From positions 93,549 to 157,548 of the forward strand of contig JADGBR010000003.1 in the NCBI GenBank assembly GCA_015231405.1: a DNA stretch of 64,000 bases, given 5' to 3'. The number at the start of each line of letters is the position of its first letter. Position 1 is the first letter of the stretch. Made by a program: the position numbers and the translations under genes. Under the pieces are notes generated by a model, which was not told the DNA's origin, did not search any database, and was given only the letters and a program-made list of their open reading frames with translations. Below are positions 9,470 through 19,858 of this stretch, piece by piece. The DNA comes from Candidatus Omnitrophota bacterium (GTDB taxonomy: Bacteria; Omnitrophota; Gorgyraeia; Tantalellales; Tantalellaceae).

Positions 9470-10660
9470 ATGGAACTGGTCATACACAGAGACGAAAAAA
9501 AGATCGGTGGGAGTTTGGTCGAGATACGTTCGGGTTCGTCTCGGATCGTCGTCGATCCGGGTCTTCCTTATGAGGGAGAGGCTAGGGGCGTGGATGGGGT
9601 TCTCGTTTCGCGCGCAGATCCCGATCATTACTTGTTACAGGGGCATATAAGCCCGGATATACCCGCATATATGAGCCGGGGGGCTAAAGAGCTTATCGAT
9701 ATCACGGGGATGTTCAGTTCTCTAAAGTCGCGCTTGGGCAATGTCTCAGTTATATCGAAGCCCGGGCCTTTTGCCGTTGGGGAGTTCATGATCACCCCTT
9801 ATCCGGTTGACCATTCCGCTTTCGACGCGCTGGCGTTCCTGATAGAAGCCGGAGGCAAGAGGGTGTTCTATTCAGGGGATTTCCGCGGGCATATGGGGAA
9901 AAGCCTTCTTTTTGCCCGTATGGTCAAGGACCCGCCGATTGGTGTGGATTGTTTTCTTATGGGAGGGACGACGCACATGCGCGGTGAAAGTGATTTCCCG
10001 GACGAACGAGCTGTCGAGCGGAGGATAGAAGAGATATTAAAGGGAAAAGGGAATATTAAATTCCTTTTCGCTTCATCCGTGAACATCGACAGGCTCCTCT
10101 CCGCTTACAGGGCTTGCCATCGCACCGGCTCCATCTTTGTCATCGATCTGTATACGGCGTATATCCTGGACAAGCTTCGGAAAGTCTATAAAAACATCCC
10201 TGAGTTCGACCCGAAGAACATGGCCGTCAGGTTCACAAGAGCCTACGCCGATAAACTCGAGGAGGCGGGATTGAGGGACCTCCTTTATGTTTATAATAAG
10301 AGGAAGATAGACATTTTCGATATCGGGAGGAAAAAGGAAAGGATACTCATGTTGGCCGGCGACAACCCGGTATTCCCTGTGACGCTTAAGGAGCTGGGGG
10401 GATCTGAAGGCGCTAAAATAGTATATTCCATGTGGGAGGGTTATCTCACCGAAAAGTTCAGGGCTTACGCGGCGGGGAAAGGCATATCCATCGAAACGGT
10501 GCATACGAGCGGCCACGCTGATGCAGACGATCTTAAAAAGTTCGCCTCCGCGATGAACCCAAAGACCCTCATTCCTATCCACACGCCGGACCCCGATCAG
10601 TATCCCGCGCTTTTTAATAACGTGAAAGTCCTCGCGGATAAAGAAATATTTTGCGTTTGA
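9470..10660 (+). CDS. MBL-fold metallo-hydrolase of the beta-CASP (RNase J/CPSF-like) family with an atypical motif 2
   Basis: 396 aa. The C-terminal beta-CASP motif C is ETVHTSGHADADDL...LIPIHT. Motifs VDHSAF, YSGDF and GGTTHM are present. The canonical HxHxDH is replaced by SRADPDH, so the two His are missing. Confidence 0.55.
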   Translation: MELVIHRDEKKIGGSLVEIRSGSSRIVVDPGLPYEGEARGVDGVLVSRADPDHYLLQGHISPDIPAYMSRGAKELIDITGMFSSLKSRLGNVSVISKPGPFAVGEFMITPYPVDHSAFDALAFLIEAGGKRVFYSGDFRGHMGKSLLFARMVKDPPIGVDCFLMGGTTHMRGESDFPDERAVERRIEEILKGKGNIKFLFASSVNIDRLLSAYRACHRTGSIFVIDLYTAYILDKLRKVYKNIPEFDPKNMAVRFTRAYADKLEEAGLRDLLYVYNKRKIDIFDIGRKKERILMLAGDNPVFPVTLKELGGSEGAKIVYSMWEGYLTEKFRAYAAGKGISIETVHTSGHADADDLKKFASAMNPKTLIPIHTPDPDQYPALFNNVKVLADKEIFCV

Positions 10661-10696
10661 CAAAATCACGCGGTATGGTAAAATATCAATGGCAAC

Positions 10697-10743
10697 GAAG
10701 CCCTTGAGGACGATGATGTTCTTCAAGGGCTTTTTATTTTTAT
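10697..10743 (+). terminator. Rho-independent terminator (hairpin gaagcccttgagga...tcttcaagggc followed by tttttattttt)
   Basis: A GC-rich stem-loop is followed by a T tract on the + strand, downstream of the MBL gene. Confidence 0.7.
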
Positions 10744-10774
10744 GGCCCCGGTGAAGGGGAGTAAGCGCGGCAAT

Positions 10775-10810
10775 GAAGCCCGGTGATCCTGATCACCGGG
10801 CTTTTTTTTA
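10775..10810 (+). terminator. second tandem Rho-independent terminator (gaagcccggtgatc..gatcaccgggc followed by T8)
   Basis: An 11-bp perfect stem is followed by tttttttt. Confidence 0.75.
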
Positions 10811-10861
10811 TACGTGATTGCCCAATATTTGGGCTGTTTCTGTGTAAAAAGGAGTGTGGTT

Positions 10862-11092
10862 ATGTACGCCGAGAAGATAGGAAAAGATATCGACGAGATG
10901 TTCTTCCTGGGGAATAAGAGGAACGTGTACGACAAGGTCATCACCAGTACCGAGAAGATGCTTATCGAAAAGTCGCTCGAGCGTTCTTACGGTAACCAGT
11001 CGCTTGCCGCGAAACTTCTCGGAGTTAACAGGAATACTTTACGGGCAAAAATAAAAAAATTCGGGATAAAATCCGACAGATATAAGATATAA
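10862..11092 (+). CDS. fis: Fis-family small HTH DNA-binding protein
   Basis: 77 aa from the ATG preceded by aaaaaggag. The C-terminal HTH GNQSLAAKLLGVNRNTLRAKIKKFGI matches the Fis/NtrC-type HTH. The palindrome gcccaatatttgggc in its leader may be an operator. Confidence 0.7.
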   Translation: MYAEKIGKDIDEMFFLGNKRNVYDKVITSTEKMLIEKSLERSYGNQSLAAKLLGVNRNTLRAKIKKFGIKSDRYKI

Positions 11093-11127
11093 TAACCATT
11101 CTGGGAAGAAAAGGAGAACGGAAAGAA

Positions 11128-14100
11128 ATGAGAAATGAGAATTATCCCGAAAAACAGGGATTGTACGATCCGCGTTTCGAGCATGACAGCTGCGGCGTGG
11201 GTTTTGTGTGCGATATCGCCGGAAAAAGGTCGAATGACATAGTCAGGAAAGGGCTTGAAGTGCTCGAGCATATGAGCCACCGCGGCGCGGTCGGTGCTGA
11301 CCCCCAGACCGGGGACGGCGCGGGTATACTTATCCAGATGCCTGATGAGTTCTACCGTGAGGAATGCTCGAAGGCCGGAATAAAACTTCCCGAGCCTGGG
11401 CTATATGGCGCGGGGCTGGTGTTTTTTCCGGCGAACGATAAGGACCGGTTAAAAGCCGGGGATATTTTAGGGAAAGTGATAACGGAAGAGGGAGGAGTAC
11501 TTCTGGGCATGAGAGATGTTCCCCAGGATCCGTCTATTATAGGTAAGGGCGCCAGGGACACCAGGCCCATCATAAAACAGGTGTTCATAGGTTCAGTCAT
11601 CCGGCCTGAGGATGAGCTCTCTTTTGAGAGGAAACTATACATTATCAGGAAAAGGATAGAGAACGCCGTGGCGGCGTCGGATATAGAAAAGAAGGGGAGT
11701 TTTTATGTTCCGAGCCTATCATCCAGGACGATCAGCTATAAAGGGCTCCTAATGCCGCACCAGGTGATGGGTTTTTATAAGGATCTCGGCGACCCAAGGG
11801 TTAAGAGCGCGGTCGCCCTGGTCCATTCCAGATATTCAACGAACACTTTCCCGACATGGGACCTGGCTCAACCTTTCAGGTTCCTCGCCCATAACGGCGA
11901 GATCAATACGCTACGCGGCAATATCAACTGGTTCCACGCCAGGGAAAGGCTCCTTGAGAGTGAACTATTCGGCAAAGATATCGAAAAGATCAAGCCGGTG
12001 CTCGTCGAGGGCAAGAGCGACTCCGCTATTATAGACAACGCTTTCGAGCTTCTGGTCCTCGCGGGCAGGTCGCTCCCGCACGCGATGATGATGCTGATAC
12101 CGCCTGCTTTCGAGGGTAATAATGAGATATCGGGCGACCTCAGGGAATTTTACCGGTTTCACGCCTGTTTCATGGAACCGTGGGACGGGCCCGCCGCGAT
12201 AGCGTTCACCGACGGCAGAGAGATAGGAGCTATCCTCGACAGGAATGGTCTCAGGCCGGCCAGGTATATCATAACGAAGAGCGGAATGGTCGTAATGGCG
12301 TCCGAGATGGGCGTTCTGGACATTGACCCTTCCGATATTAAAGTTTCCGGAAGGATCGAGCCGGGTAAAATGTTCTTTATAGATACCGTCCGGGGCAAGG
12401 TCGTCGACGACGCGGAAATAAAGAGTCAGGTGGCGTCGCGAAAACCTTACGGCGAGTGGAACAAGAAGAACATGCTTCTCTTGTCAAGTCTTCCCGCTAA
12501 GGGCGACGCCGGAAAATGTGTTGACGTCCGGGGGCTTCTTAAAGCCTTCGGGTACACCCGCGAAGATCTGGCTATGATAGTGAAACCTATGGCGGAAGAA
12601 GGGAAGGAGCCAGTGGGCTCAATGGCCGTGGATATACCTCACGCCTTCCTTTCGGCGAAGCCCCAGATACTTTACAATTATTTCAAACAGCTTTTCGCTC
12701 AGGTAACGAACCCGGCTATCGATCCCATAAGGGAGGAGATAGTCATGAGCCTTGAGAGCTATGTCGGACCGGAAAAGAACCTTCTCGAGGAAACGCCCGG
12801 ACATTGCCATAAACTTGTCATCGATAGGCCCGTCCTCACCGACGAGGCGCTTAAGAAGATCGAAGGGATAAATGAAGGCGGTTTTAGGGCCAAAAAGATA
12901 TCCATTCTTTTCAAGGCGGGAGACAGGGAAGATTTTAACGCCGCTCTCGGAAGAATATCGTCCGAAGCTGAGGCGGCTATCGCTAGCGGGTATTCGTTCG
13001 TTATCCTTTCGGACCGGGGCGTATCGAAAGATAAGGCGGCTCTCCCGGCGCTCCTGGCGGCGTCTTCGGTACATCATCATCTCGTACGCGGGGAGCTGCG
13101 CACCCAGGTTGCCCTCATAGTGGAAAGCGCCGAACCCCGTGAAGTGCATCATCTCGCGCTTCTTTTCGGCTACGGAGCTGACGCGGTTAACCCGTATCTG
13201 GCCTATGAGGCGATAAAATATATTATCGACGAAGGAACGTTGGACCTCCCATACGAAAAGGCGCTTAAGAATTACAGGAAAGCCTGCGACGAGGGGATCT
13301 TAAAGATACTTTCCAAAATGGGTATTTCGACCCTCCGGAGCTATCGGGGCGCCCAGATATTCGAGGCGCTCGGCGTGGGAGGAGAGGTAGTAGACAAATA
13401 TTTCACGGGCACGGTCACGAGGATCGGAGGTATAGGGCTCGACGAGATATTCCGTGAAACTGACGAAAGACACTCATCTGCTTATCTAGTCGCGAAAGAT
13501 GGGGTTCGTCTTCTGGATACCGGAGGAGTGTACCAGTGGAGGAGGGACGGCGAGTTCCATCTCTGGCGTCCGGAAAGCATATCGGCGCTTCAGGATTCGG
13601 CGCGGAAAGGGGATTACGGGATATATAAGGAATTCGCGGGATACATTAACGATCAGAGAGCGAACCCGACGACCCTTAGATCCCTTTTTAAATTCAGGCA
13701 GGCAAAAGCGGTCCCGATAGAAGAGGTCGAGCCCGCGAGCGGGATAGTTAAAAGGTTCGCGACCGGCGCCATGAGTTTCGGGTCGATAAGCCGCGGGGCG
13801 CATGAATCCATAGCGATAGCATTGAACAGGCTCGGCGGAAGGTCGAATACCGGCGAGGGCGGAGAGGACCCTGCAAGGTTCAAGCCTTACGCGAACGGCG
13901 ATTCCGCGAGGAGCTCGATAAAACAGGTAGCCTCCGGAAGGTTCGGAGTGACGTCGAATTATCTTATCAACGCGGACGAGATACAGATCAAGATATCCCA
14001 GGGCGCTAAGCCCGGCGAAGGCGGACAGCTCCCTGGCCATAAGGTGAGCGCCATTATCGCCAGGACCCGTTACACTACTCCCGGAGTGACGCTTATTTCT

Positions 14101-15648
14101 CCCCCGCCGCATCACGATATATATTCGATAGAGGACCTGGCCCAGCTCATTTTCGATCTCAAGAACGCGAACCCGACGGCCAGGATAAGCGTTAAGCTCG
14201 TTTCCGAAGTCGGAGTAGGGACTATCGCCGCGGGCGTGGCCAAAGGGCACGCCGACATGATACTCATTTCCGGAGGCGACGGCGGTACAGGCGCGTCGCC
14301 GAGGAGTTCACTTAGGCACGCGGGGCTTCCGTGGGAACTCGGTATATCCGAGACCCATCAGACGCTGGTCCTGAACGATCTCAGGTCGCGTGTCCGGTTG
14401 CAGACAGACGGGCAGATACGGACTGGAAGGGACGTAGCTATCGCCGCGTTACTGGGTGCTGAGGAATACGGGCTCTCGACGGCTGTACTAGTTACCCTGG
14501 GTTGCGTAATGCTCCGGCACTGCCATCTCAATAACTGCTCCGTGGGCGTGGCTACCCAGGACGATATACTTGAGAAGCGGTTCAGCGGCCGGCCGGAATA
14601 CGTGGTCAATTATCTTACTTTTATTGCCACGGAACTCAGGGAAATAATGTCTCAGATAGGAATAAGGAACGTGAACGAGATGATAGGCAGGACCGATCTT
14701 CTCGAGGTCGCGTCGGATATCGTTCCAAAAAAAGCCAGAGGAATGGATCTTTCAAAAATATTATACCGTCCGAAAATGCCGGCGAGCGTAGGCGTGTTCT
14801 CGTCTAAGAAGCAGGACCATGCCGTCGATAAGGTCCTCGACAGGGAACTTATAAGGCTATCTAAAGCGGCGCTCGAAAAAGGCGAAAAGGTCATCGCGAA
14901 TTTATCAATCAGGAACTTTAACAGGACAACAGGCGCTATGCTGAGTTCCGAGGTTTCGCGTTTGAACGGCGAGTCCGGCCTTCCCGAAGACACTATTAAA
15001 TGCTCATTTAAGGGTGTCGCGGGGCAGAGCTTTGGAGCGTTCCTGGCGAAAGGAGTGACCTTTGAGCTGGAGGGCCTGGCCAACGATTATGTGGGTAAGG
15101 GTATTTCCGGAGGGAAGATGATCATATACCCTTACAGAAAATCGGATTATATCCCTTCGGAAAATATTCTGATAGGGAATACCTCGTTCTACGGAGCCAT
15201 TGCCGGAGAGGCATATATCATGGGTAAGGCCGGCGAAAGGTTCTGTATAAGGAACTCCGGGCTTAACGCGGTCGTCGAGGGAGTCGGCGACCACGGCTGC
15301 GAGTATATGACGGGCGGCAAGGTTGTAATACTCGGGGAGACTGGAAGGAATTTCGGGGCGGGGATGTCAGGGGGGGCGGCGTACATCTACGATAAGGGCG
15401 AAAAATTCCGGGCGAGGTGTAACATGAGCATGGTCGAGCTGGAAACTCTACAGGATGAAGACCGTACCGATGTACATGATCTCTTGTATAATCATCATAA
15501 GTATACCGGGAGCGCCCTGGCTCTGGGTATACTCGGGAAATTCAGTTCCGAGATCAAAAAATTCGTCAAAGTGATGCCGCTCGAATATAAAAAGATACTC
15601 GAGTCGAAGAAAGCCGAGCTTGAGCTCCTGGAGGTATCCGATGGGTGA
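11128..15648 (+). CDS. gltB: glutamate synthase large subunit
   Basis: 1506 aa. The N-terminal amidotransferase motif is CGVGFVCDI...LEHMSHRGA. The FMN and GXGXG central and C-terminal domains are recognisable throughout. The RBS is aaaggag. Confidence 0.95.
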   Translation: MRNENYPEKQGLYDPRFEHDSCGVGFVCDIAGKRSNDIVRKGLEVLEHMSHRGAVGADPQTGDGAGILIQMPDEFYREECSKAGIKLPEPGLYGAGLVFFPANDKDRLKAGDILGKVITEEGGVLLGMRDVPQDPSIIGKGARDTRPIIKQVFIGSVIRPEDELSFERKLYIIRKRIENAVAASDIEKKGSFYVPSLSSRTISYKGLLMPHQVMGFYKDLGDPRVKSAVALVHSRYSTNTFPTWDLAQPFRFLAHNGEINTLRGNINWFHARERLLESELFGKDIEKIKPVLVEGKSDSAIIDNAFELLVLAGRSLPHAMMMLIPPAFEGNNEISGDLREFYRFHACFMEPWDGPAAIAFTDGREIGAILDRNGLRPARYIITKSGMVVMASEMGVLDIDPSDIKVSGRIEPGKMFFIDTVRGKVVDDAEIKSQVASRKPYGEWNKKNMLLLSSLPAKGDAGKCVDVRGLLKAFGYTREDLAMIVKPMAEEGKEPVGSMAVDIPHAFLSAKPQILYNYFKQLFAQVTNPAIDPIREEIVMSLESYVGPEKNLLEETPGHCHKLVIDRPVLTDEALKKIEGINEGGFRAKKISILFKAGDREDFNAALGRISSEAEAAIASGYSFVILSDRGVSKDKAALPALLAASSVHHHLVRGELRTQVALIVESAEPREVHHLALLFGYGADAVNPYLAYEAIKYIIDEGTLDLPYEKALKNYRKACDEGILKILSKMGISTLRSYRGAQIFEALGVGGEVVDKYFTGTVTRIGGIGLDEIFRETDERHSSAYLVAKDGVRLLDTGGVYQWRRDGEFHLWRPESISALQDSARKGDYGIYKEFAGYINDQRANPTTLRSLFKFRQAKAVPIEEVEPASGIVKRFATGAMSFGSISRGAHESIAIALNRLGGRSNTGEGGEDPARFKPYANGDSARSSIKQVASGRFGVTSNYLINADEIQIKISQGAKPGEGGQLPGHKVSAIIARTRYTTPGVTLISPPPHHDIYSIEDLAQLIFDLKNANPTARISVKLVSEVGVGTIAAGVAKGHADMILISGGDGGTGASPRSSLRHAGLPWELGISETHQTLVLNDLRSRVRLQTDGQIRTGRDVAIAALLGAEEYGLSTAVLVTLGCVMLRHCHLNNCSVGVATQDDILEKRFSGRPEYVVNYLTFIATELREIMSQIGIRNVNEMIGRTDLLEVASDIVPKKARGMDLSKILYRPKMPASVGVFSSKKQDHAVDKVLDRELIRLSKAALEKGEKVIANLSIRNFNRTTGAMLSSEVSRLNGESGLPEDTIKCSFKGVAGQSFGAFLAKGVTFELEGLANDYVGKGISGGKMIIYPYRKSDYIPSENILIGNTSFYGAIAGEAYIMGKAGERFCIRNSGLNAVVEGVGDHGCEYMTGGKVVILGETGRNFGAGMSGGAAYIYDKGEKFRARCNMSMVELETLQDEDRTDVHDLLYNHHKYTGSALALGILGKFSSEIKKFVKVMPLEYKKILESKKAELELLEVSDG

Positions 15649-17086
15649 TCCAAAAGGTTTTTTGAAATTGGAAAGGAAAACCTCGGCGTACAGGGAAGTA
15701 TGCGAGAGGGTAGCCGATTATAAAGACGTCACGATAATGCGTTCGGACGATGAGTCCGGGGCCCAGGCCTCGAGATGCATGGACTGCGGTACGCCGTTCT
15801 GCCACTGGGGTTGTCCCGTAGGGAACTATATCCCGGAATGGAACGACCTTATGTACCATAAACAGTGGGATAAGGCTTTCGCCCTTCTTGACGCGACCAA
15901 TAATCTGCCCGAGATAACGGGGCGGGTCTGCCCGGCCACCTGCGAATACGCCTGCGTCCTGGGGATAAACGACGATCCCGTGACGATAAGGGAGAACGAG
16001 CTCGCCGCGGTTGAACACGCTTTTAAAAGCGGCGCCATAAAAGCGCTTAAACCTCTCTCGGAGACCGGGAAGAAGGTCGCCGTTATAGGTTCCGGACCGT
16101 CAGGCCTCGCCGCGGCTCAGCAGTTAAGGCGCGCGGGCCATCAGGTGACCGTTTTCGAGAAAGCTGACAGGATCGGCGGTCTCCTAAGGTACGGTATACC
16201 CGATTTCAAGCTCGAAAAGAATATCGTGGACAGGCGCGTCGAACTTATGATAAAAGGAGGTATCGGGTTCAAAGCGGGAACGAATGTCGGCAGGGATATT
16301 AAAGTTAAGGATATTCTCGCCGGGTTTGACGCCATATGCCTTACCGGCGGGGCCGGCAAGCCCAGGGATATCGAGATCGAAGGGCGTGAGCTTAAGGGGA
16401 TTTATTTCGCTATGGATTATCTCGCCCAGTCCAATAAAAGGGTGGCGGGAGATAAGATATCAGCCGACACATTGATAGACGCTAAGGGGAAAAAGGTCGT
16501 CGTGATAGGCGGAGGGGATACCGGCTCCGATTGCGTAGGAACGGCTTACCGCCAGGGCGCCGTGTGTGTGGTGCAGATAGAGGTAATGCCTATGCCGCCG
16601 GAATGCCGGACGGATGAGCACCCCTGGCCGAAATACCCGCTCGTACTCAAAACGACTTCAAGCCACGAGGAAGGAGCTTCCAGGAACTGGAGCGTTCTGA
16701 CGAAAAAGTTCGTCGGGGAGAACGGGAGACTCAAAAAATTATCGTGCGGGAAAGTAGAGTTCGAGAAGAGCGGTCCGAGCGCATGCCCCGTTATGAAAGA
16801 GGTGCCGGGAAGCGATTTCGACATAGAGGCCGACATGGCGATACTGGCCGTAGGTTTTCTCGGACCTGTCCGGGAAGGCCTTCTCGCGGAACTCGGAGTG
16901 GAGCTCGATAAAAGGGGCAACGTTAAGACCGGGGACGACCATAAGACATCCATCGACAAGGTCTTCGCCGCCGGCGATATGCGCCGCGGCCAGTCTCTCG
17001 TCGTATGGGCGATATCCGAAGGCCGCCGGGCGGCGCATCATATAGACAAATATCTGATGGGTAAAAGCGACCTCCCGGTCATGTGA
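15641..17086 (+). CDS. gltD: glutamate synthase small subunit (NADPH-dependent, FAD/NAD-binding with Fe-S cysteines)
   Basis: ATGgGTGA overlaps the gltB stop, which indicates translational coupling. There are Cys clusters CMDCGTPFCHWGCP and CPATCEYAC, a GSGPSGLAAA dinucleotide-binding motif, and a C-terminal AAGDMRRGQSLVVWAI. Confidence 0.93.
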   Translation: MGDPKGFLKLERKTSAYREVCERVADYKDVTIMRSDDESGAQASRCMDCGTPFCHWGCPVGNYIPEWNDLMYHKQWDKAFALLDATNNLPEITGRVCPATCEYACVLGINDDPVTIRENELAAVEHAFKSGAIKALKPLSETGKKVAVIGSGPSGLAAAQQLRRAGHQVTVFEKADRIGGLLRYGIPDFKLEKNIVDRRVELMIKGGIGFKAGTNVGRDIKVKDILAGFDAICLTGGAGKPRDIEIEGRELKGIYFAMDYLAQSNKRVAGDKISADTLIDAKGKKVVVIGGGDTGSDCVGTAYRQGAVCVVQIEVMPMPPECRTDEHPWPKYPLVLKTTSSHEEGASRNWSVLTKKFVGENGRLKKLSCGKVEFEKSGPSACPVMKEVPGSDFDIEADMAILAVGFLGPVREGLLAELGVELDKRGNVKTGDDHKTSIDKVFAAGDMRRGQSLVVWAISEGRRAAHHIDKYLMGKSDLPVM

Positions 17087-17110
17087 TTCGTGATCCGTGA
17101 TTCGGGTTGC

Positions 17111-17186
17111 GTAGGGGCGGCCCTTGTGGCCGCCCTTAAACGATGGTCATCAATTTTATTAGGGCGGCCACAAGGGCCGTCCCTAC
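17111..17186. repeat. 25-bp near-perfect inverted repeat (gtaggggcggcccttgtggccgccc / gggcggccacaagggccgtccctac) with a 26-nt loop, between gltD and pyrG
   Basis: The arms are read directly from the sequence. No T tract follows. The motif cgtaggggcggcccttg recurs at 29567 and 32368. Confidence 0.8.
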
Positions 17187-17209
17187 GGGTATAAACGAAA
17201 AGGATAACA

Positions 17210-18850
17210 ATGACAAAATATATTTTCGTGACGGGTGGAGTTGTTTCGAGTCTGGGTAAAGGCATTGCCGCCGCGTCCATCGGCAAGCTCATGGAGTGGA
17301 ACGGCTACAAGGTCGCGATGATCAAATGCGACCCTTATATCAACGTCGACCCGGGCACGATGAACCCCTACCAGCACGGCGAAGTGTATGTCACCGATGA
17401 CGGCGCCGAAACAGACCTCGATCTCGGGCATTATTTCCGTTACACGAATTCACCCCTAGGGAGGATAAGCAACGTAACGACCGGAAAGGTATACCAGACC
17501 GTCATAACGAAAGAGCGCCGCGGCGATTTCCTGGGCGGCACCGTACAGGTTATCCCGCATATAACGAACGAGATAAAAAGCGAGATACGGGACGTGGTCA
17601 AAAAATATTCGCCCGATATCCTCATCGTTGAGATAGGCGGCACCGTCGGCGACATAGAAGGCATGCCTTTCCTTGAGGCCATACGCCAGATGAAACTTGA
17701 GGAAGGCGCGAAGAACGCTCTTAATATCCATCTGACGCTCGTACCATTCATTAAGGCCGCCGGAGAGATAAAGACAAAGCCCACACAGCATTCTGTAGGG
17801 AAGATGAGGGAGATAGGGATACAGCCTGAGATACTGATGATAAGGACCGAGATACCTCTTTCCGACGATGCCCGTTACAAAATATCCCTTTTCTGCAATG
17901 TCGAGAAGAGCTGCGTCATCGAGGCGCTTGACGTCCCGGATATTTACGAGATACCGCTTATGTTCAGGAAGAACAAACTCGACAGCATAATATTGGACAA
18001 ATTATGTCTGAAACCGAAAAAGAAGGTCTCGTCCGGTCAGTGGGAAAAGGTGGTCCACATAAGGAAGACCGCGAAACAGGAAGTGCGGATAGGCGTGGTA
18101 GGCAAATATATCACTCTCCAGGACGCCTATAAATCCATCGACGAGGCCCTGAAACACGGCGCTATCGCCAATAACCTCAGGATAGATCTCGTCAAGATAG
18201 AATCCGATAATCTGGAAAAGAAGTCGCCCGCTGAGCTTGACAAATTCTTTGACGGCATAGACGGTATCCTTGTTCCGGGAGGTTTCGGGGTGAGAGGGAT
18301 AGAAGGAAAACTTACGACAGCGCGTTACGCGCGCGAGAAAGGCGTACCCTATTTCGGCATATGCCTGGGCATGCAGATAGCCGTCATCGAATTCGCGAGG
18401 AACGTCATGGGCCTGAAGGGCGCGAATTCGACCGAGTTCGACCCCAAAACGAAATACCCGGTCATTTCACTGCTTTCCGAACAGGAACACATAAAATTTC
18501 TGGGCGGCACTATGAGGCTCGGCGAGTACAAATGCGCACTTAAACCCGGCACAAAAGCCCGTTCAAGCTACGGCTCGAACGTGATATTCGAGCGCCACAG
18601 GCACAGGTACGAATTCAACAGCGCCTACAAGAACGAGTTCCAGAGAAAAGGTCTCATTGTCTCCGGCACCCATCCGAAAGGCAACCTCGTCGAGATGATA
18701 GAGATAAAATCCCACCCCTGGTTCGTCGCCGTCCAGTCCCATCCCGAGTTCAAATCAAAACCCGATAAAGTCCACCCCCTCTTCCGAGACTTCCTGAAAG
18801 CCGCATACGACTATAACCTCTCCAAAATAATGCCCGATAAATTCAACTGA
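17210..18850 (+). CDS. pyrG: CTP synthase
   Basis: 546 aa. It starts with the family-typical [19 protein letters not shown]. The C-terminal glutamine amidotransferase has GICLGMQ and the HPEF motif. Confidence 0.95.
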   Translation: MTKYIFVTGGVVSSLGKGIAAASIGKLMEWNGYKVAMIKCDPYINVDPGTMNPYQHGEVYVTDDGAETDLDLGHYFRYTNSPLGRISNVTTGKVYQTVITKERRGDFLGGTVQVIPHITNEIKSEIRDVVKKYSPDILIVEIGGTVGDIEGMPFLEAIRQMKLEEGAKNALNIHLTLVPFIKAAGEIKTKPTQHSVGKMREIGIQPEILMIRTEIPLSDDARYKISLFCNVEKSCVIEALDVPDIYEIPLMFRKNKLDSIILDKLCLKPKKKVSSGQWEKVVHIRKTAKQEVRIGVVGKYITLQDAYKSIDEALKHGAIANNLRIDLVKIESDNLEKKSPAELDKFFDGIDGILVPGGFGVRGIEGKLTTARYAREKGVPYFGICLGMQIAVIEFARNVMGLKGANSTEFDPKTKYPVISLLSEQEHIKFLGGTMRLGEYKCALKPGTKARSSYGSNVIFERHRHRYEFNSAYKNEFQRKGLIVSGTHPKGNLVEMIEIKSHPWFVAVQSHPEFKSKPDKVHPLFRDFLKAAYDYNLSKIMPDKFN

Positions 18851-18853
18851 TTT

Positions 18854-18908
18854 CCGGGGTCAAAACTTCACATCTTACAGAATATTAAATGTGAAGCTTT
18901 GACCCCGG
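18854..18908. repeat. 20-bp inverted repeat (ccggggtcaaaacttcacat / atgtgaagctttgaccccgg) after pyrG; a terminator-like hairpin without a T tract
   Basis: It is a perfect palindrome as read. It possibly acts as a transcript-end or processing hairpin. Confidence 0.6.
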
Positions 18909-18948
18909 TTGAAGATGGGAATGGCCTGATCTTTATAGGGAAAGGTCC

Positions 18949-19719
18949 ATGAGTGAATTTGCACCCGTCCCCGTATATGATATACTTATCCCCATGGGAA
19001 AACCGGTTAAACAGGATGAATTCAAGCCTAATAATTTCTGGCTGGCGACTTTTCTTATAATTCTGGCCAATATCGCCGTTTTTGTTTACTTCGGGGAGTA
19101 TAGTAAATTCAAGGGGGCGGTTGACGCTTATGTCCTTACCCCGGCCAATCTTTTCAAGGAGCATCGGATATACACGATAATAACATCCGGGTTCATACAC
19201 AAGGACGTTAAACATCTTTTTTTCAACTGTCTCGGGATATTCATTTTCGGAGGGATAGTCGAGCGCAGGTTCGGGTTCTTTAAGACCATTTTCATCTATA
19301 TAGGGGCCCTGGTACTTTCCATGGCGATATCGATGTTCATATACCTCTACTATCTGCACAAGGGAGTGGCTTTGATAGGAGCTTCGGGGGCGGTTATGGG
19401 CATGATATCCGCGGCCATGCTGTCGGAGCCGTTCCTTATAACGTACGAGACTCTTTTGCCGATACCCGTTATGATAAAAGGGTGGATGTTCATCTATGCG
19501 GACGTATTGGGTTTCCTGGGCGGTGAAAAGGATGGTATCAGCCACCTGGCGCACATGATAGGTTTTCTTTCCATAGGGGTGATAATATATTTCCTTGACA
19601 AAAAAGACAGGCGGGTCTTTCTCCATGGGTTGATAATTAACCTTGCATCATTCGGACTATTCCTATATTTTAGGAAGTATATTGAATCGACTGACATTTT
19701 TAAAGTATTTTCACGTTAA
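18949..19719 (+). CDS. rhomboid-family intramembrane serine protease
   Basis: A multi-pass membrane profile, the active-site GASGAVMG (GxSG) and the downstream His in AHMIGF. The RBS is ggaaagg. Confidence 0.8.
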   Translation: MSEFAPVPVYDILIPMGKPVKQDEFKPNNFWLATFLIILANIAVFVYFGEYSKFKGAVDAYVLTPANLFKEHRIYTIITSGFIHKDVKHLFFNCLGIFIFGGIVERRFGFFKTIFIYIGALVLSMAISMFIYLYYLHKGVALIGASGAVMGMISAAMLSEPFLITYETLLPIPVMIKGWMFIYADVLGFLGGEKDGISHLAHMIGFLSIGVIIYFLDKKDRRVFLHGLIINLASFGLFLYFRKYIESTDIFKVFSR

Positions 19720-19763
19720 CTATTGTAAAGCCACTCTCGTCTCTTTTTGCAATAACTTTACGA

Positions 19764-19792
19764 TTGACATAGCCCCCCTTTTATTTTATACT
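19764..19792 (+). promoter_or_regulatory. sigma70-like promoter TTGACA-17-TATACT upstream of the arg operon
   Basis: Consensus hexamers with 17-nt spacing are read directly at 19764-19769 and 19787-19792. Confidence 0.45.
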
Positions 19793-19831
19793 TCAACTTT
19801 ACGCTATCAGATAAGAAGTTCAACTGTCGGG

Positions 19832-19858
19832 GGTCAGGCATCTTAGCCTGACCTTTTT
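19832..19858 (+). terminator. terminator-like hairpin (ggtcaggc atctta gcctgacc + ttttt) in the argC leader
   Basis: A perfect 8-bp stem with a T5 tract. It lies between the putative promoter and the argC ATG, so it could be an attenuator, or it could be the rhomboid gene terminator. Confidence 0.45.
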
